Made by a program: the position numbers and the translations under genes | The notes under the pieces: generated by a model | Databases searched by the model: none | Told to the model about the DNA's origin: nothing | What the model saw: the letters and a program-made list of their open reading frames with translations, nothing else | Part shown: piece by piece, positions 25,236 through 33,939 of the stretch | How positions within the stretch are numbered: the stretch's first letter is position 1 | Layout: the number at the start of each line of letters is the position of its first letter | Origin: Candidatus Woesearchaeota archaeon | GTDB taxonomy: Archaea > Nanobdellota > Nanobdellia > Pacearchaeales > GW2011-AR1 | Assembly: GCA_964655925.1 (NCBI GenBank) | Contig: CAZZNU010000001.1 | Coordinates: forward strand, 1-44,889 | Reading direction: 5' to 3' | Length of the DNA: 44,889 nucleotides

Positions 25236-27109
25236 TAGATAAACTCCATATTCAATTTAGAATTTTCGATGTTTAAATAATTTCCTTGCAACTCTTCTGA
25301 AGATGTAGGAACACCAAACATAGTTGGCCTAATTCTTACAGAATTTATATTTCTCAACATCTCACTTGTAAAATATTGCTCTATTTCTCCTCCACCAATT
25401 AAAACACGCTCCATTTTGATTTCAGGAATAGTTATTTCCTTACAATTATCAAACTCTATTCCAAATATTTCGCTAAATCCTGTAGATTGTTTTGTACAAT
25501 ATTGCTCTTTTTTGCTCGGAATAGTTATTTCAGTTCCTGAATAAATGTATGCACTTACAATATAATTATCTTCAGAAAGTTTGGCTACCTTGGTTTCTGG
25601 GTACATTATTGTCTCTATGTTATTATTGTTCTCTCCATAAAAACTCAACATAGCACTGTCTCCTTCCCTTAAATCTAAAATTTCAACATTCAATTCATAT
25701 TCCTTATACAATATCAAATCTAATACATCATTATTTCCTCCACTAGTGTAAACAAATTCTGTATCTCCAAATCCTTCTGCGCTAACTTTTACAACACCAT
25801 TTACACATGTTGGAATTAATCCAGAATAAACATATAATCCATTCCTATATACACTCTCTCCTAATTCACAGTTAGAAGAAACACAACTATAAGAAATCCT
25901 AGCTGGTATTGGGTTTAAATCTGAATCATATGTTTTTATGCTTACTCTTGAATTCATATTCTCGCACACCTTACTATTATAGTTAACACTGCTATTAATA
26001 TCCGGCAAAATTAACTCTCTTGGTTCATTATTATCAATAACCACTCTTATAGGAAATTGAAACACGAAATCCTCATCCCATATTTGAATTAGTACTGGAT
26101 ATCTTATATCATAAACTAAGTGTGTATATGAGAGACATACGCCCAATATCCCTGATATAGCATCTATTGGATTAACATTTTTCTCTCCATAAATATCAAT
26201 TACATTAGACCAATTTCTATCAAACAAAACTCTAGTATTTTCATCAAAATTCATTCCAGTATTTTTTACAAAATATCCATTATGCCTATCAAGTGAAGAG
26301 TCATAATAACTACCCTTAAATTTAATGAAATTTATATTTTGCTCTAATGCTTCTAAAAGATTATCTTTAATCTCATCCTCCTTATAATTAACAGAAGAAC
26401 AATCAAAACTAACATCTTCAACTGGAGCGTAATTCCATAAAACATCCATAGTGTATTTTTCTAAAAACATTTCTTGCTTCTCATAATCATATATTGACTT
26501 TGCTAATTTGTAATATTTACCTAGTTTTGATGGAACATTGATTTTGTGTTCATCTAATGAATAATATTTATCATCAAAATACATATCTACTTTGTTAATA
26601 ATTTCTACATTTACATTGTTATCATTTATTGTAACAAACGCCTTTCCTGAATTAATTATCACATTATATCCTTCATTTAACGCATTACTAAAATCACAAC
26701 TATTCAAATGTGAGCTTACATATTGTTCTAATTCTAACTCCATATCTCTTTTAGAGGGAACTTGCTCTACAAAAGAGCCATTATTAGACAAGTACAGCCA
26801 ATAAGGAATATGATTTCCAAATATCTCAAATTGAGAATTATATTCAGAATTAATAAATCCCAATATTAAGTTTGGTTTTTCAATATATCCAGCATTATCC
26901 CCTAAAAGCATTATTCCTTCTTTAACTGTGGATTCTACACAAGCCAAATATTGTTCATACACCCCTCTAAAGTCCTTTGGGACATTCGTCACCAACAGTT
27001 TATCTTTAAATGCAAAAAATAATATTGAACTAGATAGAATAATTATTCCTAAAATAATAAAAAGAGTTACTTGTCCCTTTTTACCTCCCCTCTTTTCAAC
27101 GCTATACAT
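25235..27109 (-). CDS. Large protein with class III (prepilin-like) signal peptide, cotranscribed with the giant ORF
   Basis: N-terminus MYSVEKRGGKKG/QVTLFIILGIIILSSSILFF. 624 aa with several Cys and no recognisable family. Confidence 0.6.
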   Translation of the reverse strand: MYSVEKRGGKKGQVTLFIILGIIILSSSILFFAFKDKLLVTNVPKDFRGVYEQYLACVESTVKEGIMLLGDNAGYIEKPNLILGFINSEYNSQFEIFGNHIPYWLYLSNNGSFVEQVPSKRDMELELEQYVSSHLNSCDFSNALNEGYNVIINSGKAFVTINDNNVNVEIINKVDMYFDDKYYSLDEHKINVPSKLGKYYKLAKSIYDYEKQEMFLEKYTMDVLWNYAPVEDVSFDCSSVNYKEDEIKDNLLEALEQNINFIKFKGSYYDSSLDRHNGYFVKNTGMNFDENTRVLFDRNWSNVIDIYGEKNVNPIDAISGILGVCLSYTHLVYDIRYPVLIQIWDEDFVFQFPIRVVIDNNEPRELILPDINSSVNYNSKVCENMNSRVSIKTYDSDLNPIPARISYSCVSSNCELGESVYRNGLYVYSGLIPTCVNGVVKVSAEGFGDTEFVYTSGGNNDVLDLILYKEYELNVEILDLREGDSAMLSFYGENNNNIETIMYPETKVAKLSEDNYIVSAYIYSGTEITIPSKKEQYCTKQSTGFSEIFGIEFDNCKEITIPEIKMERVLIGGGEIEQYFTSEMLRNINSVRIRPTMFGVPTSSEELQGNYLNIENSKLNMEFI

Positions 27110-27213
27110 GTTTTTTTTAAATCAAAACTATATTTAAAGTTTTGTAACCAAATCATTTTTTTAAAATTCTTTTTTCAATAAGTTTTTATAATGATTTTCT
27201 CTCTTTTTTGGGT

Positions 27214-27295
27214 GAGGAGATGCCGGAGTGGTCAAACGGGCTAGGTTTAGGCCCTAGTGGTTCTTCCTACGGGGGTTCGAATCCTCCTCTCCTCA
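27214..27295 (+). tRNA. tRNA-Leu (anticodon TAG), long variable arm
   Basis: Hand fold: GAGGAGA TG CCG GAGTGGTCAAA CGG G CTAGG TTTAGGC CCTAG TGGTTCTTCCTAC GGGGG TTCGAAT CCTCC TCTCCTC A. Confidence 0.88.
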
Positions 27296-27371
27296 TTTTC
27301 CTCTACAATATAAATATAGAAATAGTTACTTTAAACAGAATAAGAAATAAACACTTGAAACTTTAAGATGT

Positions 27372-27833
27372 CTAACAGACAATTCTAGAACATTCTTCAA
27401 ACGATGAAACTACTTGCTCACATTTAAAAATAACAATGTCTTTTTCTCTATCTTCTTCTTCAGCTTTTTTATTAATCGCCGAAGGCCCTTCTTCACATAG
27501 AGCTCTGCCTACATGCAGTTTATCTTTTGAATTTTCTTTGTCCGTATATATTCCTTCTTCCATATCTTTACAAGTAAAGCTTCCTTTTTTACCGCCTTCA
27601 ATTTCTAGTGCTTTTTTCGCCGAGCAATAATCATACTCTGCTTCATTCATACAAGAAATGTAACAGAAGTTTCTCATGTCATCAACATTTACGCTTCCTA
27701 CATATACACCAGTTCTTCCTTGAAATATGTTCCATTGTGATCTAAATCCTATAATCAAAAAAACTAATACAACAACACCAACAATTATAGCAACAATAAT
27801 TCCTATACTTATCTCACCTTTTTTATTCTGCAT
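27372..27833 (-). CDS. Cys-rich pilin-like protein (class III signal peptide)
   Basis: MQNKKG/EISIGIIVAIIVGVVVLVFLIIGF, followed by a soluble domain with 8 Cys. It is a paralogue of the divergent gene at 27932. Confidence 0.65.
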   Translation of the reverse strand: MQNKKGEISIGIIVAIIVGVVVLVFLIIGFRSQWNIFQGRTGVYVGSVNVDDMRNFCYISCMNEAEYDYCSAKKALEIEGGKKGSFTCKDMEEGIYTDKENSKDKLHVGRALCEEGPSAINKKAEEEDREKDIVIFKCEQVVSSFEECSRIVC

Positions 27834-27931
27834 ATTTATTTGAATAATAAATAGTTTATAAATATTACCCTTAAATTAACCTAACCATCAATAAACATAA
27901 AAGTTAAAAATATATTATATTATCAATACTT

Positions 27932-28282
27932 ATGAAAAGAGGACAAATACAAATAGAAGTAATAATAGCCATAATTCTCGGAACTTTTGTGCTTACCTTT
28001 GTTATCTATGGTTTTACTAATAATTGGAATATTTTTAATTCTAAAATTTGTCTTTATGGGAACTGTCAATCCAATGTTGATGCAATAGAAAACGCTTGTG
28101 AACTTGCGTGCTTGCAAAAAGACCAGGAAGAATATTGTAAAAAAATGACTCTAAGATTAGGAACCAATGAACCTAAAAAGACGGGAAACTGTAAAGAATT
28201 ATATGACTTCGTGTCTGACCCTAAAAATAATATAATTGGAGTTACAATAAATCCTTGTCCGGAGATAAGTTGTATAAAATAA
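27932..28282 (+). CDS. Cys-rich pilin-like protein (class III signal peptide)
   Basis: MKRG/QIQIEVIIAIILGTFVLTFVIYGF. It shares GF..WNIF, NVD, C...C, YC and KK(G/T)..CK with the 27372 product. Confidence 0.65.
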   Translation: MKRGQIQIEVIIAIILGTFVLTFVIYGFTNNWNIFNSKICLYGNCQSNVDAIENACELACLQKDQEEYCKKMTLRLGTNEPKKTGNCKELYDFVSDPKNNIIGVTINPCPEISCIK

Positions 28283-28771
28283 ATGGTGGATTTAAATAAT
28301 ACTAATAGTGATTGTATATTTTGTTCTATCTTGCAAAATAAAATTCCTCATGTTAAGCTTTCTGAAAACGACGAATCAATAATTATATTAGAAATTAATC
28401 CAAAATCTAAAGGACATTCATTAGTATTAACAAAAAAACATAACGGAGAAATAACTAAAAATATTGTAGAGCTCTCAAAAGATATAAGTTCAAAAATTAT
28501 AGACACATATAATCCAAAAAATATAGATATTAATGAGGGGCAAATCTTCGGACACTCTATACTAGAGATAATTCCTGAGTATGACGACAAGCAACCACAA
28601 GAAAACAAAACAATTGAAGAATTAGAAAAAATAAAGTGTGATATTTTAAAATCACAAAATAAACATGATGAAAAAAAAGAAAATATTCCTTTACCTAATA
28701 ACACAGAGCAAGATAAATCCACAGAACCTTTCGAAGACGTCGTTCCTAAGTTTGGAGAAAGAATTCCTTAA
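28283..28771 (+). CDS. HIT-superfamily-like protein with a degenerate histidine triad
   Basis: HIT-like N-terminus (DCIFCSILQNKIPHVKL...IIILEINPKSKGHSLVLTKKH). At the expected H-x-H-x-H-x-x-P position the sequence reads GHSILEIIP. The C-terminal tail is low-complexity and acidic/basic. Confidence 0.55.
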   Translation: MVDLNNTNSDCIFCSILQNKIPHVKLSENDESIIILEINPKSKGHSLVLTKKHNGEITKNIVELSKDISSKIIDTYNPKNIDINEGQIFGHSILEIIPEYDDKQPQENKTIEELEKIKCDILKSQNKHDEKKENIPLPNNTEQDKSTEPFEDVVPKFGERIP

Positions 28772-29598
28772 ATAAAAAGCTGAAATATAAATATTAATAT
28801 TTTATCAAAGATAAATAAGCTACTAATTAAAGCCATACAAAATACTGGAGCAAATGGCAGGCCATCTTTTACATATATTTCTTTTCTATTCTTCAATAAC
28901 TCTACCTCTTCTTTACTAATTCCATAAAAGGAAGATTTTATTTTTTTACCTCCAACCGTAACATCATCTCTTAACCAATCTCCTACTCTTAGATCTGCTC
29001 CTCTTATTTTTTTTACTAGTACTACTTTTTCTAATGCCCTTATAAACACAAATAGAGGGGGAGCTAATACTAATATTACTGCAAATGGTAAAAACAATAT
29101 ATTAAAAAAGGAAAGTATAGATACAACAAGCCCAGCAACTATCATGAAGTTTAGCTTTGACTCTTTGAACCCTTTCCTTAATTCCACGTTCACCCTTTTA
29201 ACATTCTTGAAGTATAACCCCAAAGAATATATCACACCATATACGCTACCGCAAATAAACAATACTGCTAAAAAAGTTATAATATTTAAAATACTTATTA
29301 AAAATGTCTGCCCCACAAACAGTGCGCTAATTGAAAACAACAAATTAGCATCTCCACCTGCAAAGAATTTTGAATAATACATTAAATTAGTTAACAAAAA
29401 CATCACTAGATAAACAAATAAACCTTGAATTAACAAATTTACATCTTTATTAATTATAATATTGACAAGCAAATAAAAAACTCCACTAATTAGTAAAATA
29501 TATGTGAGCCACCTATCTATCTCTCTACGCTTAAAATCCTGAGCAGACGCAATAATAGTACCTATAAAAAAAACAATGAATATCAAACTAATTTTCAT
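28768..29598 (-). CDS. Prepilin/preflagellin peptidase (A24 family, PibD/FlaK-like)
   Basis: 276-aa polytopic membrane protein with two Asp motifs in the expected contexts: AQDFKRREI near the N-terminus and FFAGGDANLL. Confidence 0.6.
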   Translation of the reverse strand: MKISLIFIVFFIGTIIASAQDFKRREIDRWLTYILLISGVFYLLVNIIINKDVNLLIQGLFVYLVMFLLTNLMYYSKFFAGGDANLLFSISALFVGQTFLISILNIITFLAVLFICGSVYGVIYSLGLYFKNVKRVNVELRKGFKESKLNFMIVAGLVVSILSFFNILFLPFAVILVLAPPLFVFIRALEKVVLVKKIRGADLRVGDWLRDDVTVGGKKIKSSFYGISKEEVELLKNRKEIYVKDGLPFAPVFCMALISSLFIFDKILIFIFQLFI

Positions 29599-29734
29599 CC
29601 TTTTTCACCTTTTCTTTTTTTGACAAATCAACATTGTTTATCCTATATTGTCCCCCACGCTTGTATACACGCATAACCCTTTTTCTTTTCAAGTCCTTTT
29701 TTGTAGTTCTCTTATCATAACCACCGTAATCCAT
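29588..29734 (-). CDS. Possible 48-aa highly basic small protein; not in the ORF track
   Basis: Hand translation gives MDYGGYDKRTTKKDLKRKRVMRVYKRGGQYRINNVDLSKKEKVKKDEN. It overlaps the peptidase start by 11 nt. No family recognised, and it may not be expressed. Confidence 0.25.
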   Translation of the reverse strand: MDYGGYDKRTTKKDLKRKRVMRVYKRGGQYRINNVDLSKKEKVKKDEN

Positions 29735-29769
29735 AGAATATAGAACTTTCTAATATTTATATTTGTTTC

Positions 29770-30300
29770 TTAAATTTCTATTTCAAAGTATCCTGAAAAA
29801 TAATATTCTATAGTTTCAGTGAATGATATTTTCTCTCTATTTTTTGGAATTAAATCTATTCTCCTGTAATATTCATCATTATTTTTACTAACTTTAATTA
29901 AATTATTTTCTATTTTCACATCATATAATCTTCTACAGAATTCGTTCCAATCTCCTGCATTGTCTAATATATCCTCTTGAATTCTCCTTCCGTCTTTGTG
30001 CAAATTATATGCATAGTATTTTCTATACTCATAAAGTTCTTTGCATGCTTCACGCTTCATACTATCCACACTATATCCTTTTAATTTATTAAAAATTATT
30101 TTTTCATTGTGTTCAATAATTAGCGTTTCATCTCTTAGCTTCAGTATCTCATCAGGTAATACTAAAGCTCTTTCCATCTTCTCCTGAACTTTAATATAGA
30201 CTCCAATAGACAGCACTCCCATTATTAGCGTTATGAAAACTATTAACACTTCCATTATAGACCCCGATTTATTTTTAACAATTATATTTTTCACCGCCAA
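29770..30300 (-). CDS. Pilin-like protein (class III signal peptide)
   Basis: MAVKNIIVKNKSG/SIMEVLIVFITLIMGVLSIGVYI. 176 aa, fifth gene of the pilin operon. Confidence 0.55.
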   Translation of the reverse strand: MAVKNIIVKNKSGSIMEVLIVFITLIMGVLSIGVYIKVQEKMERALVLPDEILKLRDETLIIEHNEKIIFNKLKGYSVDSMKREACKELYEYRKYYAYNLHKDGRRIQEDILDNAGDWNEFCRRLYDVKIENNLIKVSKNNDEYYRRIDLIPKNREKISFTETIEYYFSGYFEIEI

Positions 30301-30970
30301 ATACCTCCCACAATAATTCCATCTTATGCCTAGGATTAGCTATATACTCTTCTTCTTTTTCTAAAAATTCTTTTAGTATTTCATTTTCTTCAAAATATTT
30401 CCTGTTTTTTACACTAGATGTTACTCCAGATATCCACTTTTTGTAATCTAATATACATCCCTCACTAATCGCGCACAATGTAAACATAAATTCAACGCTA
30501 TCTTTATCATTATTATTGTTCTCATTTAAAACTACTATTATATCTTTTTCTACGCCATTGATTCTAATAACTTGTTGAAAGTTGGTCAAAAAGATTTGAA
30601 GTTCTGAAGCATTAATTATTTTTTTATCTAGTGTTTCACAACTTCTATTTCCTAAACAAAGAATTAAATTTTCTCCTTCCCTTTTAAAATACGCACCTCC
30701 TCTAATTGCACTCGATATTGCCACAGAAAAATGATCACAGCTAATTTTATTATACTCATTTTCAAGCAAAAAAGTACTAGAATCCTTATATAATATTTCA
30801 GATGCCATACCTACTCCTGCTCTATACATTTCTCGTTCTTCATTTTTTGACAAAACACTCCCTCTAATCAACCCTGAAATAAATGCAAAAACAACTAGCA
30901 TTATTATCACTAGAACTATCATCACAAACATTGAAAGCGTACTCCCTATTTGCGCTTTTTTATTCTTCAT
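30275..30970 (-). CDS. Pilin-like protein (class III signal peptide)
   Basis: MKNKKA/QIGSTLSMFVMIVLVIIMLVVFAFISG. 231 aa, overlapping both neighbouring genes. Confidence 0.55.
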   Translation of the reverse strand: MKNKKAQIGSTLSMFVMIVLVIIMLVVFAFISGLIRGSVLSKNEEREMYRAGVGMASEILYKDSSTFLLENEYNKISCDHFSVAISSAIRGGAYFKREGENLILCLGNRSCETLDKKIINASELQIFLTNFQQVIRINGVEKDIIVVLNENNNNDKDSVEFMFTLCAISEGCILDYKKWISGVTSSVKNRKYFEENEILKEFLEKEEEYIANPRHKMELLWEVFGGEKYNC

Positions 30971-31424
30971 CTAATACCAAAGCTCCTATTTTAATGTCTG
31001 AATTCTTAGTATTGTATTTTTTTTCTGTATATCCAAGTACCGCAGCTGATTTAGACTGATCCTCATCTTTGTTTTTAACTATATCATAAATCCACATTTT
31101 TCCAGAATCCCCTTGCTGATACCTAAGATTCCCATCTACCTCTATTTTAACATAAACTCTATTAACATATTCATCCTTATACCCACAGAATTCTAATATT
31201 TTATTCTCATATCCTAACGGTACTTCTTTTAAATTAAAGTCTTGCACCAGGCAGTCGTAAACATTTCTATTTAATAAATAAGACTCTGCCTGTCTTATAT
31301 CTAATTCGTTATTGTAATAAGCCGCATTTAACCCTAATATTACAAGTCCAATAATTGATATTATTATTACTCTAAATATCATGAAAATCATTTCACTTTG
31401 TGCCCCACCCCTTTTGTTTCTCAT
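30960..31424 (-). CDS. Pilin-like protein (class III signal peptide)
   Basis: MRNKRGG/AQSEMIFMIFRVIIISIIGLVILGL. 154 aa, with an ATGA overlap with the upstream gene. Confidence 0.55.
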   Translation of the reverse strand: MRNKRGGAQSEMIFMIFRVIIISIIGLVILGLNAAYYNNELDIRQAESYLLNRNVYDCLVQDFNLKEVPLGYENKILEFCGYKDEYVNRVYVKIEVDGNLRYQQGDSGKMWIYDIVKNKDEDQSKSAAVLGYTEKKYNTKNSDIKIGALVLDEE

Positions 31425-31780
31425 TTTATAACGATACGAAATTGTTTTTCTTCCTCCATAACTAAAACATGATTATTGGAAATAAAGGAGGTTCCCTTTA
31501 ATGAAATCAATCCATCCAAGTCAATGAAGATTTTACCATCTTTTATCTTCACAGAACTAACCGTCATCCCAAAATTTTTTTTATATATAATTATGTTAGT
31601 ATTAGGCAAAGATGCTTCTATTAGGAGTGCTGTTTGTTTTTCTGCTAAATCTTGCTTCACACCTCTATCATCTAATTTTCTAACTATACCAAACATAAAA
31701 ATAACTGCAACAAACCCTATTATTATCAAGCTAACTATCATTTGCCCTATTGGGTTTTGGCTTCCTTTTTTTATTTTCAT
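31421..31780 (-). CDS. Pilin-like protein (class III signal peptide)
   Basis: The start at Met7 of the track ORF is preferred: MKIKKG/SQNPIGQMIVSLIIIGFVAVIFMF. That ATG lies 1 nt after the stop of the upstream mini-pilin ORF. Confidence 0.55.
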   Translation of the reverse strand: MKIKKGSQNPIGQMIVSLIIIGFVAVIFMFGIVRKLDDRGVKQDLAEKQTALLIEASLPNTNIIIYKKNFGMTVSSVKIKDGKIFIDLDGLISLKGTSFISNNHVLVMEEEKQFRIVIK

Positions 31781-31781
31781 T

Positions 31782-31892
31782 CTATATAAGCTTATCAAAA
31801 ATTAATTTTAGAGAGAATAACACAGCTACAATAATTGCAGTCCATAAAATCCACCTAATAATATCATCCATTTCACCGCGTTTGTTTTTCAT
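31782..31892 (-). CDS. 36-aa mini pilin-like ORF; not in the ORF track
   Basis: Hand translation gives MKNKRG/EMDDIIRWILWTAIIVAVLFSLKLIFDKLI. It has the same leader logic as the following five genes and is first in the operon. Confidence 0.4.
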   Translation of the reverse strand: MKNKRGEMDDIIRWILWTAIIVAVLFSLKLIFDKLI

Positions 31893-31937
31893 ATTAAAAT
31901 CCTCTTCAAAAAGAAAACATCTTATAATTAATAAAAG

Positions 31938-32372
31938 TTATGTCATATCTAATCTCATGTGATTGTCACTTTTTCTAAACCCAAGCTTTTCATAAAAACT
32001 AACTACTTCATCTGAACAGTCTAATATTATCTTATAGCACCCTCTTCTTTTAGCGTAATTGATACATTCTTTCACAATTTCACTACCAATATTTTTACTT
32101 TTAAAATTTTCACTCACAGAAACATCCTCTATATGCCCAACCTTTGCTCCCTGCCTAATAAATTTTTGTTCGATAAGAATTGTGGCTGTCCCGATTATAT
32201 CTTCTCCACTAATTGCAACAAAAATATGGGCATCTTGACTATTTATCTTTTTTAGAATCTCAATTTGTCTATTAATATCTAATTCTCCAACCTCTCTTAG
32301 TCTAGATAGCGTCTCCACAAATCCTCTTTTATGCAATAAACTTACTGTCAACTCTTTAACTATATATTCCAT
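31938..32372 (-). CDS. GNAT-family N-acetyltransferase
   Basis: 144 aa. It has a GNAT motif A-like segment (VGHIEDVSVSENFKSKNIGSEIVKECINYAKRRG) and a C-terminal FYEKLGF. Confidence 0.75.
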   Translation of the reverse strand: MEYIVKELTVSLLHKRGFVETLSRLREVGELDINRQIEILKKINSQDAHIFVAISGEDIIGTATILIEQKFIRQGAKVGHIEDVSVSENFKSKNIGSEIVKECINYAKRRGCYKIILDCSDEVVSFYEKLGFRKSDNHMRLDMT

Positions 32373-32644
32373 TAACCAATTGCTCTTCTATAATCTATCA
32401 TTTGAGCAGAAGAAACTCCGTCAATTCCTGATAAATGATTTCCTACTTCCTCTACATCTTTTTCTTCAGGAAATGCAAAAAATATTATAAGTGCTTTTAG
32501 TCCAAAAGCTATAGGTTCTTCTTCATATTCTGAGACTTTTCCACCATTTTCTGTTATTACTTTTTCACTTTCCTTTTTCAAGTACTCCAAATCGACATCC
32601 AATCCCGACGGCATTATTTTATATTTAACTGCACTTACTCCCAT
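32372..32644 (-). CDS. Translation elongation factor aEF-1 beta
   Basis: 90 aa with MG.V..KYKIMPS..DVDL..L, FGLKAL and a C-terminal IDGV...Q..D.RR. This is the typical size and pattern of aEF-1beta. Confidence 0.8.
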   Translation of the reverse strand: MGVSAVKYKIMPSGLDVDLEYLKKESEKVITENGGKVSEYEEEPIAFGLKALIIFFAFPEEKDVEEVGNHLSGIDGVSSAQMIDYRRAIG

Positions 32645-32645
32645 T

Positions 32646-32795
32646 TTAAGGTCCTATGTGTCCGCACTCTGGACATTTATATTCTATTGATAAATTCCTG
32701 CACTTGCCACATCTAAAAATATTAGCTCCACACTGTGGGCATGGAAATCTAACACCTTCATTACTTGGTTTATTACAGCTAATACATTCTTTCAT
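32646..32795 (-). CDS. 49-aa zinc-ribbon protein (the type that usually precedes aEF-1beta); not in the ORF track
   Basis: Hand translation gives MKECISCNKPSNEGVRFPCPQCGANIFRCGKCRNLSIEYKCPECGHIGP, with four CxxC pairs. Its stop lies 1 nt before the aEF-1beta ATG. Confidence 0.6.
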   Translation of the reverse strand: MKECISCNKPSNEGVRFPCPQCGANIFRCGKCRNLSIEYKCPECGHIGP

Positions 32796-32816
32796 ACAAA
32801 CAATATTCTAAAAACA

Positions 32817-32837
32817 ATATATAAATCTTTCGCGCAC
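32817..32837 (-). promoter_or_regulatory. BRE + TATA box of the Zn-ribbon / aEF-1beta transcription unit
   Basis: The minus strand reads GTGCGCGAAAG ATTTATATAT, followed by 21 nt to the ATG at 32795. Confidence 0.55.
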
Positions 32838-32848
32838 CCATACAACAA

Positions 32849-33259
32849 TCATATATCTATAACACACTCAAACGACCAATCTTTGTCATGTTCCAAACTT
32901 AAGTTATTATAAGTTATTGCCTTAATCCCATTTGAAATCTCATAATTAAGGATATTATCTCCTACAAAAACGCACGATAAGCTAAAATTTTCTTCATTAA
33001 TCTCTAATTTTTCAATTTTAGAAAGTATAAAATTTTCTGAGTCCAACAAAAATATTATCTCTTCTAAAAAACTATGCAATAGTTTCTCAATATTATTTTC
33101 TTCAATTTTTATTGGTATTCTAATATTTCCTTTAATTACTTTGTTCTCTTTAATGATAAATAAAATTGCTTCTGTTGCGTCCAAAAATAATCCTTTTAAG
33201 TTTTTATTTCTTACAACAAATTTTATGTCTGCGGTATGCTCTAAAAATTTATATGTCAT
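32849..33259 (-). CDS. Archease
   Basis: 136 aa with the N-terminus MTYKFLEHTADIKF characteristic of archease. Confidence 0.85.
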   Translation of the reverse strand: MTYKFLEHTADIKFVVRNKNLKGLFLDATEAILFIIKENKVIKGNIRIPIKIEENNIEKLLHSFLEEIIFLLDSENFILSKIEKLEINEENFSLSCVFVGDNILNYEISNGIKAITYNNLSLEHDKDWSFECVIDI

Positions 33260-33312
33260 AACAATTCAAGTTGCTTAATGCTTTTAGATTTTTCGAAAAC
33301 ACAAATTTATTT

Positions 33313-33939
33313 TTATTTAAGAATATTTCCTGTTTCAATATACCACAAATAAAAATCCAATTCTCCTAATTTCATTTTGTACTTTTCTGCTATTTCTTTT
33401 AATATCTTTTCTATTTCTATATACCTTTTTTTTGTAATTGTTTTGGGTCTTTCTATTATCTTTTCTTTAACGAGTAAATCTACTATGTGAAAATCAATTA
33501 TCGCAAAATCCAAAAGTCCTATGTTTCTAAGAAAATGACTTGCCTCTTTCATCCCTATCCCTTTAAAGTTTTCAACAACCCATTCTCTTAATTTTAGATT
33601 ATCTAGTTCTCTATTTGTTACCTTATTCCACAATTCCTCTTTTTTGTCTCTAGCCAAAACTATCCTTTGTGCTCTTTGTTCCCAAAATCTGTGTCCTTCT
33701 TTTTTTAGAATAATTTTAAGTTTCTCCTCATCCGCGTTTTCTAATTCATCTGGATATTTTTGCTGGATATATATAGATTTTTTTGCTTGAAAGTTTGCTG
33801 TCATAATACAAAATAACAATTCTAAGAAAACTAATCTTTTTGTTTTTATGTTATTACTTAATTCCTCTAGTTTATTGTCTATCTTATACTTTACATCACT
33901 TTTTACAACTTCGTCCAATTTGAAAAATAAATTTTTCAT
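33313..33939 (-). CDS. ogg: 8-oxoguanine DNA glycosylase / AP lyase, archaeal Ogg2 type (HhH-GPD)
   Basis: FCIMTANFQAK, a helix-hairpin-helix with the catalytic Lys context GIGMKEASHFLRNIG, and IIDFHI (catalytic Asp). Confidence 0.75.
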   Translation of the reverse strand: MKNLFFKLDEVVKSDVKYKIDNKLEELSNNIKTKRLVFLELLFCIMTANFQAKKSIYIQQKYPDELENADEEKLKIILKKEGHRFWEQRAQRIVLARDKKEELWNKVTNRELDNLKLREWVVENFKGIGMKEASHFLRNIGLLDFAIIDFHIVDLLVKEKIIERPKTITKKRYIEIEKILKEIAEKYKMKLGELDFYLWYIETGNILK

